64,000 bases of DNA from an uncultured Deinococcaceae bacterium (GTDB taxonomy: Bacteria > Deinococcota > Deinococci > Deinococcales > Deinococcaceae). The stretch covers positions 1 through 64,000 of the forward strand of contig CAXULY010000022.1 of NCBI GenBank assembly GCA_964252075.1, given 5' to 3'. Shown in pieces: positions 16,035 to 26,762 of the stretch. Position numbers and translations under genes: made by a program. How positions within the stretch are numbered: the first letter of the stretch is position 1; each line of letters begins with the position of its first letter. Below the pieces are notes generated by a model that saw nothing but the letters and a program-made list of their open reading frames with translations, had not been told where the DNA came from and did not search any database.

Positions 16035-17114
16035 ATGACGACGCACACCACCAGCCTCGAATCCCTCATTCAGTCCGTGCCCGAAACCGACCTGGGCGCC
16101 GTGCAGGCCGCGCGGGAGCGCCAGGCGCAGCTCACCAAGCCCGCGGGCGCGCTGGGCCTGCTGGAGGAGGTGGCGGAGCGCCTCGCCGGGGTGTTCGGCA
16201 CGCCCACCCCGGACCCGCGCGGCGCCGCCGTGATTGTGGCCGCCGGGGATCACGGGGTGGCGGCGGAGGGTGTGAGCGCCTACCCGCCCGAGGTGACGCC
16301 CGCCATGGTCGCCAACTTTCTCGCGGAGACACCCGCCGGGCCGGGTGGCGCCGCCGTGAACGCGCTCGCGCGCACGCTGGACGCCCGGGTGTACGTGCTG
16401 GACGCGGGCGTGAACGCCCACCTGCCGGACCACCCACGCCTGCTGCGCGCCGCCGTGCGCCGCGGCACCCACAACTTGCGCCGCGCGCCCGCCATGACGC
16501 GCGAGGAGGCCGCCGCGCTCATCCTGGCGGGCGCGGAGGTGGCGCGGCAGGCCGCCCGGGACGGCGCGGACCTCATCATTCCCGGCGAGATGGGCATCGC
16601 GAACACCACCGCCGCGAGCGCCATGACCGCCCGCCTGCTGGGTCTGCCCGCCGAGTCCGTCACGGGGCGCGGCACGGGCGTGGACGACGCGCGCCTCGCG
16701 CACAAGGTGCGCGTGATCGAGGACGCCCTGGCGCGGGAGGGGAGTCGGCCGGAGGACCCCTTGGGCGTGCTGGCGGACCTGGGAGGCTTCGAGATCGCGA
16801 CCATGACGGGCGTGATGCTCCAGGCCGCCGCGCAGCGCCGCGCCGTGATCCTGGACGGCTTCGTGGAGGGCGCGGCGGCGCTGGTGGCGGTGGCCCTGCA
16901 GCCCCGCGTGCGCGGGTACCTGTTTGCGGCGGGCCAGTGCGCCGAGCGGGGACACGCCGCGCAACTGCGTCACCTCGGCCTGCGTCCCATGTTCGAGCTG
17001 GGCCTGCGGCTGGGCGAGGGCACGGGCGGCGTGCTGGCCGCGCCGTGGCTGCGTGCCGCGGCGGCCTCCCTGCGCGAGATGCGGACCTTCGCGGAAGCGG
17101 GCGTGCCGCAGTAA
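16035..17114 (+). CDS. cobT: Nicotinate-nucleotide--dimethylbenzimidazole phosphoribosyltransferase
   Basis: LTKPAGALG, GDHGV, GEMGIANTT, LRLGEGTG, TFAEAGV. Confidence 0.96.
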   Translation: MTTHTTSLESLIQSVPETDLGAVQAARERQAQLTKPAGALGLLEEVAERLAGVFGTPTPDPRGAAVIVAAGDHGVAAEGVSAYPPEVTPAMVANFLAETPAGPGGAAVNALARTLDARVYVLDAGVNAHLPDHPRLLRAAVRRGTHNLRRAPAMTREEAAALILAGAEVARQAARDGADLIIPGEMGIANTTAASAMTARLLGLPAESVTGRGTGVDDARLAHKVRVIEDALAREGSRPEDPLGVLADLGGFEIATMTGVMLQAAAQRRAVILDGFVEGAAALVAVALQPRVRGYLFAAGQCAERGHAAQLRHLGLRPMFELGLRLGEGTGGVLAAPWLRAAAASLREMRTFAEAGVPQ

Positions 17115-17159
17115 GCTCACCGCGAAAAAGGAGGGTGCCATTTCGGTTACACTGCGCGC

Positions 17160-17444
17160 ATGAACTTTGAGTTCAGTGGCGCCGTGTGGTACTGGAGGGG
17201 CCCCGCGCCCCACCATTTCGTGACGGTCCCGGCCGAGCAGTGCCGCGACCTGAAGGACGCCTCGAAGCTCGTGACCTATGGCTGGGGCATGATTCCGGTG
17301 CGCGTGCAGATAGGCGCCACGCACTGGAAGACCTCGCTGTTCCCCAAGGACGAGCGGTACATCGTGCCCATCAAGGCGAGCGTGCGGCAGGCCGAGCGCA
17401 TCGCGGAGGGCGACGAGGTGACGGTGCGCCTCGAACTCCGCTGA
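17160..17444 (+). CDS. DUF1905-like small protein
   Basis: W.FV.VP...GWGMIPV...WKTSLFP...Y.VP.KA.VR pattern; TACACT 6 nt upstream. Confidence 0.8.
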   Translation: MNFEFSGAVWYWRGPAPHHFVTVPAEQCRDLKDASKLVTYGWGMIPVRVQIGATHWKTSLFPKDERYIVPIKASVRQAERIAEGDEVTVRLELR

Positions 17445-17716
17445 GCGCAGGCTGAGCGAGCGGGGTCATTGCGCCTGGGCGTCATCTGGGCACCTGCCGC
17501 GCTCCGGTGCGCTACACTGAACGGTGATCCGGGGCGCCATCGCAACGCGCCCGCCCACAGGGGGACGTACGTCAGGCGGCCACAGGAGGCCCGCCGACGC
17601 GCGCGGAGACCCACCGATGTCAGGTGACCGCCACGCGCGGCGCCCACCCAGAGCACAAAGCGGACGTTGTGTGCGGGATGGTCGGTTGGACAGTCGTTCG
17701 CACCCCAAACCTGATC

Positions 17717-18388
17717 ATGACCGCGCTCAGAAGACGCAGAAAACGCCCGCAGACCCCTGCGGAGCCCGGACGTTTCGAGGCCCGCCTCGACGCGCTCTCC
17801 ACCCTCCCCGACCCCGCTCCGCGCGACGGCACCTACGACGAGGTGCGCGCCGGACTCATCGCGGAGGAGAACCTCGCGCGCACCAGCACCGAGGAACTCC
17901 GCGACCTCATCACGAACATCACCTGGGACCCGCAGGCGCACCGCGCGGCGCGCGCGCTCGCCACGCAGGCGGAGGCCGCCGGGTACGCGCGCGGGTACCG
18001 TGCGGGCCTGCGCGCCGCGCGCCGCGTCGCGGACCAGTCGCGCGAGCAGGCGACGCGCGCCCTGGAAGGCTTCCAGAACGAGATTCTGCGCCTCAATGAC
18101 GAGGTGACGGCCCTCAAGGCGGAGCTGGAGAAGCAGCGCCAGGCGAAGGAGCGCCGCGCGCGCAGCGTCCGCAAGGACGGCGTGCACATCCCCGAGAACG
18201 CCGACGAGGCGCAGCGCGTGGCGCGCAACATCGAGGAGTTCCTGAAGGTCGCGCAGGACTTCGAGATGGACCTCGAAGAGATCCGCGCGCGCCTCCCCGA
18301 GGAAGCGAACGTGCGGGACGCCCTGCATCACCTGCTGCTCTCGCGCCGCGCGGTGCTGTCCGGCACGCTCCTGAAACTCGCGCAGTAA
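17717..18388 (+). CDS. Hypothetical coiled-coil protein
   Basis: Host-like codon usage from about 17717; helical, charged sequence; start uncertain. Confidence 0.75.
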   Translation: MTALRRRRKRPQTPAEPGRFEARLDALSTLPDPAPRDGTYDEVRAGLIAEENLARTSTEELRDLITNITWDPQAHRAARALATQAEAAGYARGYRAGLRAARRVADQSREQATRALEGFQNEILRLNDEVTALKAELEKQRQAKERRARSVRKDGVHIPENADEAQRVARNIEEFLKVAQDFEMDLEEIRARLPEEANVRDALHHLLLSRRAVLSGTLLKLAQ

Positions 18389-18432
18389 GCGGCGCGGCTG
18401 GACAATTCAGCGTTCACTCCACACCATGGGGC

Positions 18433-19989
18433 ATGACTGCTTCCGTCGGTGGCCCCATGTCGGCCCAGGAACGCTGGACCCTCGCCGCCACCGTGCTGGG
18501 CTCCGGCATGGCGTTCCTGGACGGTACGGTCGTGAACGTCGCCGTGACCGCCCTGCAGCGCGACCTGGGTGCGGACGCGGCGGGCGTGCAGTGGGTGGTG
18601 AACGCGTACCTGCTGCTGCTCAGCGCGCTGATCCTGACGGGCGGCGCGCTCGGGGACCGTTTCGGGCGCCGGCGCGTGTACGCGCTGGGCGTCCTGGTGT
18701 TCGGGGTGGCGTCCCTGGCGTGCGGCCTCGCGCCCAGCCTGCCGTGGCTGCTGGTGGCGCGGGCGGTGCAGGGCGTCGGGGGCGCGCTGCTCGTGCCAGG
18801 GAGCCTCGCCATGATCGGCGCGGTGTTCCCCGACGCGCGGCGCGGGCGGGCGGTGGGGCTGTGGTCGGCGGCGAGCAGCATCGTGACCCTGCTGGGGCCG
18901 CTGGTGGGCGGCGTGCTGGTGGACCACGCGTCGTGGCGCTGGGTGTTCTTCGTGAACGTGCCGCTCGCCCTGCTGGTGCTGGTGTGCCTGCCGCGCGTGC
19001 CGGAAACGCGCGGGGACGTGGCACCGCCCGACGTGCTGGGGTCCGTGCTGGCCACCGTGGGCCTGGGCGGCCTCGCGTGGGGCCTGACAAAGGCGGGGGA
19101 GGGCGGCTGGAGCGCCGCCACGCTGGGCCTCGCGCTCGCGGGCGTGCTGGCGCTCGCGCTGTTCGTGCTGTGGGAGCGCCGCACGCCGCACCCCATGCTG
19201 CCCCTCGCCCTGTTCCGCTCGCGCGCCTTCAGCGGCACGAACGCGCTCACCCTGCTGCTGTACGGCGCGCTGGGCGGCGTGGGGTTCTTCCTGCCGCTGG
19301 TGCTGATCGGCGCACGCGGCTTCTCCGCGACGGCGGCGGGCGCGGCGCTTCTGCCGCTCTCGATCCTGATGGCGTGCCTCTCCGGGACCTTCGGCGCGCT
19401 CGCGGACAAGCACGGCCCGCGCCGGTTCCTCACGGTCGGCCCCATCCTGGCGGGCGTGGGTTTCGCGCTGCTGGGCCTGCCCGGCACGAGCTTCTGGGTG
19501 AGCGTCCTGCCCGGATCGCTGGTGCTGGGGCTCGGCATGGCGCTCACCGTGGCGCCCCTCAGCACCGCCGTCCTCGCGAGCGTGGACCGGCGCTTCACGG
19601 GCGTCGCGTCCGGCGTGAACAACGCGGTGGCCCGCGCCGCGGGCCTGCTCGCGGTCGCGGCGCTGGGCGGCGTGCTGCTCGGCAGTTACCGCGGCGCCCT
19701 GGACGCGCAGCTGAGCGCCGCGCAGGTCCCGGCGGCCGCGCGGAGCGCGATGGTCGCGCAGGCGGACCAGCTGGCGCAGGTGCAGCCCCCCACCGCCCTG
19801 CCCACCGCCAAGCGGCAGGCGGCGCGCCGCGCGGTGCGCGCGGCCTTCAATGACGCCTTCCGGGTGGTGGCCCTGGCGTGCGGACTGCTGGCGGTCCTCT
19901 CCGGGCTGATCGGCTGGTTCAGCCTGACGTCTGGCCCCACCGCGAAGCGGGGGGCGCAGCCCGCGCCCCCGCCTGAACACCGCCCGTGA
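18433..19989 (+). CDS. MFS transporter, DHA2 (EmrB/QacA-like)
   Basis: LDGTVVNVA, GALGDRFGRRR and RAVQGVGGA motifs. Confidence 0.92.
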   Translation: MTASVGGPMSAQERWTLAATVLGSGMAFLDGTVVNVAVTALQRDLGADAAGVQWVVNAYLLLLSALILTGGALGDRFGRRRVYALGVLVFGVASLACGLAPSLPWLLVARAVQGVGGALLVPGSLAMIGAVFPDARRGRAVGLWSAASSIVTLLGPLVGGVLVDHASWRWVFFVNVPLALLVLVCLPRVPETRGDVAPPDVLGSVLATVGLGGLAWGLTKAGEGGWSAATLGLALAGVLALALFVLWERRTPHPMLPLALFRSRAFSGTNALTLLLYGALGGVGFFLPLVLIGARGFSATAAGAALLPLSILMACLSGTFGALADKHGPRRFLTVGPILAGVGFALLGLPGTSFWVSVLPGSLVLGLGMALTVAPLSTAVLASVDRRFTGVASGVNNAVARAAGLLAVAALGGVLLGSYRGALDAQLSAAQVPAAARSAMVAQADQLAQVQPPTALPTAKRQAARRAVRAAFNDAFRVVALACGLLAVLSGLIGWFSLTSGPTAKRGAQPAPPPEHRP

Positions 19990-19992
19990 CGC

Positions 19993-20661
19993 TCAGCCCG
20001 CGCGGCTGATGGCGCTGCCGCCCGGCCGCGAGGACAGGTACGCCTCCACGCGCTCCGCGACGTTCTGGATGTGGTCCCCCAGGCGCTCCATGTGCCGGGA
20101 GAGCCGCGCGATGCGCATGGCGCTCTGCAGGTCGCGTGGGTCCTCTAGGATGCGCGTGAGGCTCGCGCGCTGCATCTGCTCGTACAGCGCGTCCACGTCG
20201 TCATCGAGGCGGATGACGAGGCGCGCCGTCTCCTGATCGCGCTCCGCGAAGGCGTACGCGAGTTTCTCCAGCATCTCGCTGAGCAGGTTGAGGAGCGGCA
20301 GCACGTCACTCAGCGGGCCGCTGCGCACGCTCGCGGACAGCGCCTCTAGTTCGCGCCCGGTGTGGCTGGCGTAATCGCCGACGCGCTCGAGGTCCGCGAG
20401 GCTCTTGAAGATCATCAGCACGAAGCGCAGGTCGCCCGCGAGCGGCTGGTGCCGCGCGATGACGGTCAGGCAGTGCGACTCCAGGTCACGTTCGAGGTCG
20501 TCAATGCCGCGGTCCAGCGCCTTCAGGCGGTCGCCCAGCCCCGCGAAGCTCCCGGCGGAGAGCGCGGCGCGCAGCATGGCGAGCTGTTCGACGGCGAGGC
20601 TCTGCATCCGCAGGAAGCTGGCGTTCAGGTGGGTGAGGTCGGTGTTCAGGGCGTCGCGCAT
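19993..20661 (-). CDS. phoU: Phosphate signalling protein PhoU
   Basis: IARHQPLAGDLR, DLERVGDYA, ERLGDH..NVAE; follows pstB. Confidence 0.95.
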   Translation of the reverse strand: MRDALNTDLTHLNASFLRMQSLAVEQLAMLRAALSAGSFAGLGDRLKALDRGIDDLERDLESHCLTVIARHQPLAGDLRFVLMIFKSLADLERVGDYASHTGRELEALSASVRSGPLSDVLPLLNLLSEMLEKLAYAFAERDQETARLVIRLDDDVDALYEQMQRASLTRILEDPRDLQSAMRIARLSRHMERLGDHIQNVAERVEAYLSSRPGGSAISRAG

Positions 20662-20782
20662 GATGTATGATGCTCACTTTTTATGTGCCGCGTGTCAGAC
20701 GGGAAAGAACAGATGCGTGCTGATGTCGGAATTCTCATACGACAGCCGCCCCGCACAGACACAAACGAGCGGTTGTTGAGTG

Positions 20783-21538
20783 TCAGCCGAAGCGGCCCGT
20801 GACGTACGCCTCGGTGCGTTCGTCACGCGGGCTCGTGAAGATCTGCGGGGTCTGACCGCGCTCCACCATGTCGCCGTTCAGGAAGAAGCTGGTGGTGTCA
20901 CTCACGCGCGCCGCCTGCTGCATGTTGTGCGTCACGATGATGATGGTCGTGACCTTCTTCAGGTCGCCCATCAGGTCCTCGATGCGCGAGGTGCTGGCCG
21001 GGTCGAGGGCGCTGGTGGGCTCGTCCATGAGGAGCACCTCGGGTTCCACCGCGAGGGCGCGCGCGATGCACAGGCGCTGCTGCTGCCCGCCCGAGAGGCC
21101 CGTCGCGGGCGCCTTCAGGCGGTCCTTGACTTCGTCCCACAGCGCCGCCTGGCGCAGCGAGCGCTCCGCGATCTCGTTCAGGCGCCGGCTGTCCCGCACG
21201 CCCGCGAGCTTCAGGCCGCTCACCACGTTGTCGAACACGCTCATGGTGGGAAAGGGGTTGGGTTTCTGGAAGACCATCCCGATGCGCCGCCGGATGGACA
21301 CCGGGTCCACGCCGTCGCCGTACACGTTCTGGTTGTCGAGCAGGATGTCACCCTCGACGCGCGCGCCGGGCGTGAGGTCGTGCATGCGGTTCAGGGCGCG
21401 CAGGAAAGTGGTCTTCCCGCAGCCGGACGGGCCGATGAGGGCGTTCACGGTGCCGGACTCGATGTCCAGGCTGACGCTCTTCACGGCTTTCTTCTCGCCG
21501 TAGTACACGCTGACGTTCTGGGCGGACAGGATGGGCAT
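20783..21538 (-). CDS. pstB: Phosphate ABC transporter ATPase
   Basis: [35 protein letters not shown]. Confidence 0.97.
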   Translation of the reverse strand: MPILSAQNVSVYYGEKKAVKSVSLDIESGTVNALIGPSGCGKTTFLRALNRMHDLTPGARVEGDILLDNQNVYGDGVDPVSIRRRIGMVFQKPNPFPTMSVFDNVVSGLKLAGVRDSRRLNEIAERSLRQAALWDEVKDRLKAPATGLSGGQQQRLCIARALAVEPEVLLMDEPTSALDPASTSRIEDLMGDLKKVTTIIIVTHNMQQAARVSDTTSFFLNGDMVERGQTPQIFTSPRDERTEAYVTGRFG

Positions 21539-21563
21539 GGCAGGACCTTTCAGGAGCGGAGCT

Positions 21564-22430
21564 TCACTTGCGTTGGCGGGAGGCCACGCGGGCGATCAGG
21601 GATGTGGCGAAGATCAGCACGATCAGGAAGAGCGCGCCGGCCTTCGCGAGGCGCTGGTTCTCGTCGAAGGCGCTGGTCGCGCCGATGAAGATCTGCAGCG
21701 GCAGCGCACTCATGGGCTGGCTGGGGTCCAGGTTCAGGCGGTTGCTGCCGAAGGCGGTGAACAGCAGCGGCGCCGCCTCACCCGCGACGCGCGCCATCGC
21801 GAGCAGCACGCCTGTGATGATGCCCGAGCGCGCTGCGGGCAGCACCACGCTCGTGATGACCCGCCACTGTGGGAGGCCCAGCGCGAGGCCCGCCTCGCGC
21901 ACGCTCACCGGCACGAGCTTCATGACTTCCTCCGTGGTGCGGACCACGATGGGGATCATCAGCAGGCCCAGCGCGAGGCCGCCCGCGAAGCCCGAGAAGC
22001 CGAAGTGCAGCACGATCAGCGCGTACACCACGAGGCCCACCACGATGGCGGGAATGCCGGCCATCACGTCACTCACCATGCGGATGGTGGGCATCAGGCG
22101 GTGCCGCGGGAATTCCGAGAGGAACACGCCGCCGCCCACGCCCACAATCACGCCGATCAGCGTGGCGATCGCCAGCAGGATCAGGGAGCCCACGATGGCG
22201 TTCAGCCAGCCGCCGCCCGTCTCGCCTTCCGGCGCGGGGTTCTTCGTGAAGAAGTCTAGGTTGAGCGAGCCGAGGCCCTGCGTGATGAGGTACACGAAGA
22301 TCAGGATGAGGGGCGCCACGACGATCAGCGTGCCCAGCCCGATGAAGATGCCCGCCGTGAGGTTCGCCGCCTTGCGCCGCGCGCTGACGTGCGGGTTCGC
22401 CTGCTTCGGCCCGGCCAGGGAGGTGGCCAT
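21564..22430 (-). CDS. pstA: Phosphate ABC transporter permease
   Basis: [23 protein letters not shown]. Confidence 0.95.
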   Translation of the reverse strand: MATSLAGPKQANPHVSARRKAANLTAGIFIGLGTLIVVAPLILIFVYLITQGLGSLNLDFFTKNPAPEGETGGGWLNAIVGSLILLAIATLIGVIVGVGGGVFLSEFPRHRLMPTIRMVSDVMAGIPAIVVGLVVYALIVLHFGFSGFAGGLALGLLMIPIVVRTTEEVMKLVPVSVREAGLALGLPQWRVITSVVLPAARSGIITGVLLAMARVAGEAAPLLFTAFGSNRLNLDPSQPMSALPLQIFIGATSAFDENQRLAKAGALFLIVLIFATSLIARVASRQRK

Positions 22431-23425
22431 CAGGCACCCCTCGGCGTGAGGCGCGAGATGATGAGCCGCGCGGAATAATTCACGACGACGCTGATCACGA
22501 ACAGCAGCAGGCCAAGTTCCACGATGGACGCGCGGTGCAGGGACGCCTGCGCGTCCCCGAACTGGTTCGCGATCATGCTCGCCATGGTGGACGTCGCGCC
22601 CCAGATGCTGTTCACGAACTGCGGCGTGTTGCCGATCACCATGGCGACCGCGAGCGTCTCGCCGAGCGCGCGGCCCAGCGCCAGGATCACGCCGCCCGTG
22701 ATGCCCGCGCGGGCGAACGGCAGGATCGCGAGGCGGATCACTTCCCACTTGGTGGCGCCCAGCGCGTACATCGCCTCCCGCTGGTCCTGCGGCACCAGCC
22801 GGATCACGTCGCGCGCGACGGACGCGGTGTACGGCAGGATCATCACGGTCAGGATCAGGATGGCGAGCAGCAGGCCGGTGCCCGCCAGGGTGGGCGGGTA
22901 GAAGAAGCACTGCGCGCTCGCCTTGCCGGAGGACAGCACCTGGAAGCAGTTCGCGGCTTCGGTGGGGTTCGCCGTGAAGATCCTGGTCTCGATGGCCTGA
23001 ATGATGGGCTTCAGCACGAACAGCGCCCACAGCCCGTACACCACGCTGGGGACGGCGGCGAGCAGCTCGATCAGGTACCCGATGGGGTTCGCGAGCCACT
23101 TCGGCGCGTACTCCGCCACGAAGATCGCGCTGGCGAGCGCGAGGGGCACGCTGATGACCAGCGCCACGAAACTCGTGATGAGGGTGCCCGCGATCATGCT
23201 GGCCGCGCCGAAGTCCTGCGTGACGGGATTCCAGACGTTGCGCACCAGGAAGTTCAGGCCGAAGGCCCGTAGGGCGGGCCAGCTCTGCGCGCTGAGCTGG
23301 TAGATGGAGAGCAGGAAGATCAGCACGATCAGCAGGCTGAGGCCGATGATGACAGCCCGGAACACGCCGTCGCCGCGCGAGGAGAGAAGCGGGTTGGTCT
23401 TGGTGGTTCGCACAGGTTCGCTCAT
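22430..23425 (-). CDS. pstC: Phosphate ABC transporter permease
   Basis: [24 protein letters not shown]. Confidence 0.95.
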   Translation of the reverse strand: MSEPVRTTKTNPLLSSRGDGVFRAVIIGLSLLIVLIFLLSIYQLSAQSWPALRAFGLNFLVRNVWNPVTQDFGAASMIAGTLITSFVALVISVPLALASAIFVAEYAPKWLANPIGYLIELLAAVPSVVYGLWALFVLKPIIQAIETRIFTANPTEAANCFQVLSSGKASAQCFFYPPTLAGTGLLLAILILTVMILPYTASVARDVIRLVPQDQREAMYALGATKWEVIRLAILPFARAGITGGVILALGRALGETLAVAMVIGNTPQFVNSIWGATSTMASMIANQFGDAQASLHRASIVELGLLLFVISVVVNYSARLIISRLTPRGA

Positions 23426-23460
23426 AGGTGGCCTCAGGCCCGCAGAAAGGGGCTGCCCTC

Positions 23461-23502
23461 AGTGTCGGCGCGTTTTGTCAGGCTTTTATCAGGGCACGGT
23501 CA
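23461..23502 (-). promoter_or_regulatory. Putative pstCAB promoter with Pho-box-like 11-bp repeats
   Basis: GTCA/ATCA/GTCA at 23477, 23488 and 23499; -10-like GACACT on the minus strand at 23461-23466. Confidence 0.65.
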
Positions 23503-23538
23503 TGCGCTGGAGGCCGTTGGGCGCCGCGCGAGCAGGAC

Positions 23539-23570
23539 AAAAAACAGCGCGGCCCTCACGAGGGCCGCGC
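23539..23570 (-). terminator. Terminator or stabilising hairpin after pstS
   Basis: GCGCGGCCCTC/GAGGGCCGCGC stem followed by a T6 tract on the minus strand. Confidence 0.8.
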
Positions 23571-23583
23571 CGCAGGGGAGCGC

Positions 23584-24600
23584 TTACTTGATGCTGCTGC
23601 CACCGTAGGTCATGGTGGCGATGATGGCGCGGGCGCGCGTCTGAGCGGACGCCGGCAGGGGCGCGTAGTACAGCGCCTCGTTGTACGTCTGGCCCTTCGT
23701 GACCACCCAGTTCAGCATGTCCTTCAGGGCCTTCGCCTGGGCCGCCGTGCGGTTCCCGTACTTCTGGTCCTGGTAGAAGATCACGTAGGTGTACGTGCTG
23801 ATCGGGTAGCTGTTCGCGCCCGTCGCGTTCGTGATGCTGGCGATGCCGCTGGTCGGCATCACGACGCTCGCGGCGGCGGCCTGCACGCCCGCGATGCTCG
23901 CCTTCACGAACTGCCCGGCGCGGTTCTGCACGCTGCCGAAGTTGATCTTGTTGGTGAGCGCGTACGTCAGCTCCACGTACCCGAGGCTGCCGGGCGTGCT
24001 CTTGACGGCGCCCGCCACGCCGTCACTGCCTTTGCCGCCCACGCCGACCGGCCACTGCACGCTGGTGGCGCTGCCGACCTTGCTCTTCCACTCGGCGCTG
24101 ACCTTACCCAGGTACTCGGTGAACACACCGGTGGTGCCGCTGCCGTCGCTGCGGTGCACGATCGTCACGGGCAGCGGGGGCAGCTTCGCGTCGGGGTTCA
24201 GCTTCACGAGCGCCGGGTCGTTCCACAGCTTGATCTTCCCGAGGAACAGGTCGGCGAGCACCTTCCCGTTGAACTTCAGGTCGCCCGTCACGCCCGGGAT
24301 GTTATAGATGGGCACCACGGCACCCAGCGCGTCCGGAATCGTCAGGACCTTGCCGGGGTAACCATCGATGTCCGCGGCGGGCACGGGCACGTCGGTGCCC
24401 GCGAAGTCCACCACGCGGTCGTGCAGCTGCTTCTGGCCGGCGCCCGAACCGACGGACTGGTAGTTCACGGCGTCCGCCTTGTACTCCGCGAACATCTTGG
24501 TGAACAGCGGGTACACGAACGAGGAGCCGGAACCGGTGATGTTCACTGCGGACACCATCGAGGCGGACGCGAGCAGGGTCAGGAACAGGAGTTTCTTCAT
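23584..24600 (-). CDS. pstS: Phosphate ABC transporter substrate-binding protein
   Basis: Signal peptide, [23 protein letters not shown]. Confidence 0.96.
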   Translation of the reverse strand: MKKLLFLTLLASASMVSAVNITGSGSSFVYPLFTKMFAEYKADAVNYQSVGSGAGQKQLHDRVVDFAGTDVPVPAADIDGYPGKVLTIPDALGAVVPIYNIPGVTGDLKFNGKVLADLFLGKIKLWNDPALVKLNPDAKLPPLPVTIVHRSDGSGTTGVFTEYLGKVSAEWKSKVGSATSVQWPVGVGGKGSDGVAGAVKSTPGSLGYVELTYALTNKINFGSVQNRAGQFVKASIAGVQAAAASVVMPTSGIASITNATGANSYPISTYTYVIFYQDQKYGNRTAAQAKALKDMLNWVVTKGQTYNEALYYAPLPASAQTRARAIIATMTYGGSSIK

Positions 24601-24609
24601 CTCGCCTCC

Positions 24610-24666
24610 ACTGTGCTGTCGAGTTGTCAGGCGTGGGTCAGGCGCGGGTCATGACCCTTGCCTGAC
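24610..24666 (-). promoter_or_regulatory. Putative pstS promoter with Pho-box-like 11-bp repeats
   Basis: GTCA at 24626, 24637 and 24648, then inverted TGAC at 24652 and 24663; -10-like CACAGT on the minus strand at 24610-24615. Confidence 0.65.
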
Positions 24667-24712
24667 CTCCCACCGTTTGGACCCGATTCAAGTGCCGGTG
24701 TAGCGTGTCGGC

Positions 24713-25678
<966 letters not shown>

Positions 25679-25726
25679 GGGGACGGCCCGCAGCCTGACG
25701 GGCGGGCGCGTGGGGTCAGTTCAGTC

Positions 25727-26125
25727 ATGTCCGAGGGCGGGGGAACGAGGCGCGAGCAGCTGGAGCAATAGCTGCGGGCGTGGCAGGCGCTGCTGGGCCT
25801 GAGCGACGGGACCATCCAGCTGGACCTCGTGCGCTTCAGGCACCCCTGGCTGAGCGGCGACATCAAGGTGGACCCTGTTCGCCGGGCGGCCCTGCTGCTG
25901 CTCGCCGACGCAACGTTCCGGGACGAGGAGGAGACCACCTTGCACGAACTGGTGCACCTCGTGCTGTGGCCGCTCGACACGACCGCGATGGATCTGGTGG
26001 AGGTGCTCGGACCGGAGGACCGTCCCGCACGTGACTTCGCGCGCTGGAACCTGTTTCGGAGCAGCTCGCCATGGCCCTCCTCCGGGCGCGCGGGCGCCAG
26101 CCCAGCACCGTGTGGGCGGCATTGA
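25727..26125 (+). pseudogene. Disrupted HExxH zinc-peptidase-like gene
   Basis: ATG at 25727 is in frame with TLHELVH (HELVH at 25943-25957) but interrupted by TAG at 25769-25771; 3' end looks degenerate. Confidence 0.6.
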
Positions 26126-26189
26126 AGGACGAGGCGGGCTCCCGGATCGAACCAAGGGCGGAGCCGCTGGACCTCGCGCCTTCGCCAGA

Positions 26190-26762
26190 CTAGCGGTCCA
26201 GTCCCGCGAGGTCCTCGGGGGTGTTGGCGTTCCGGAAGGCGTCCGGCGCGACCGCCCTCACCGCGTCCCACGGGACGTGCACGGGCCGCAGCATCGCTTC
26301 CAGCGCGCGCAGGCGCCGCTCGCCCGCGTCGAGCAGCGCCGACGCGAGCGGGCGGGCACTCACGTGGTACAGCGCCGCGAGCACCTGCGTGCCCCCGCCC
26401 TCCGCGACGCCCGCCACGAACTGCGCGCCCGGACGCCGGTGCTGCGCGAGCAGCGCCCAGTACGCGGGTGTGAGGAGCGGCAGGTCCACCGCGCTGAGCG
26501 CCACCCAGTCGCCCGGCGCCGCGCCGAGCGCCGCCTCCAGGCCCGCCAGCGGGCCCTCGCCCGGACGGGTGTCCGGCACCGGCTGCCAGCCGGGGAGGGC
26601 GTACCGCCCCGGTGGCGCCACGATCAGTTTCGGCGCGCAGGCGTCCAGGGACGCCGCGACGCGTGCGAGCAGGCTGCGCCCGCCCAGCTCCGCGAGCGCC
26701 TTGTCGCGCCCGAAACGCCGGGACTGCCCGCCCGCCAGGATGGCGGCGCCCACGCCCCGCAT
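26190..26762 (-). CDS. mobA: Molybdenum cofactor guanylyltransferase
   Basis: ILAGGQSRRFGRDKA, GPLAG, NANTPEDL. Confidence 0.92.
   Translation of the reverse strand: MRGVGAAILAGGQSRRFGRDKALAELGGRSLLARVAASLDACAPKLIVAPPGRYALPGWQPVPDTRPGEGPLAGLEAALGAAPGDWVALSAVDLPLLTPAYWALLAQHRRPGAQFVAGVAEGGGTQVLAALYHVSARPLASALLDAGERRLRALEAMLRPVHVPWDAVRAVAPDAFRNANTPEDLAGLDR

Noticed and set aside
17480..17512. ATCTGGGCACCTG...GGTGC resembling part of a c-di-GMP-II riboswitch
   Set aside because: The other conserved segments (GAGC..GT.GTGCAACCG) are missing; it would need an Infernal hit
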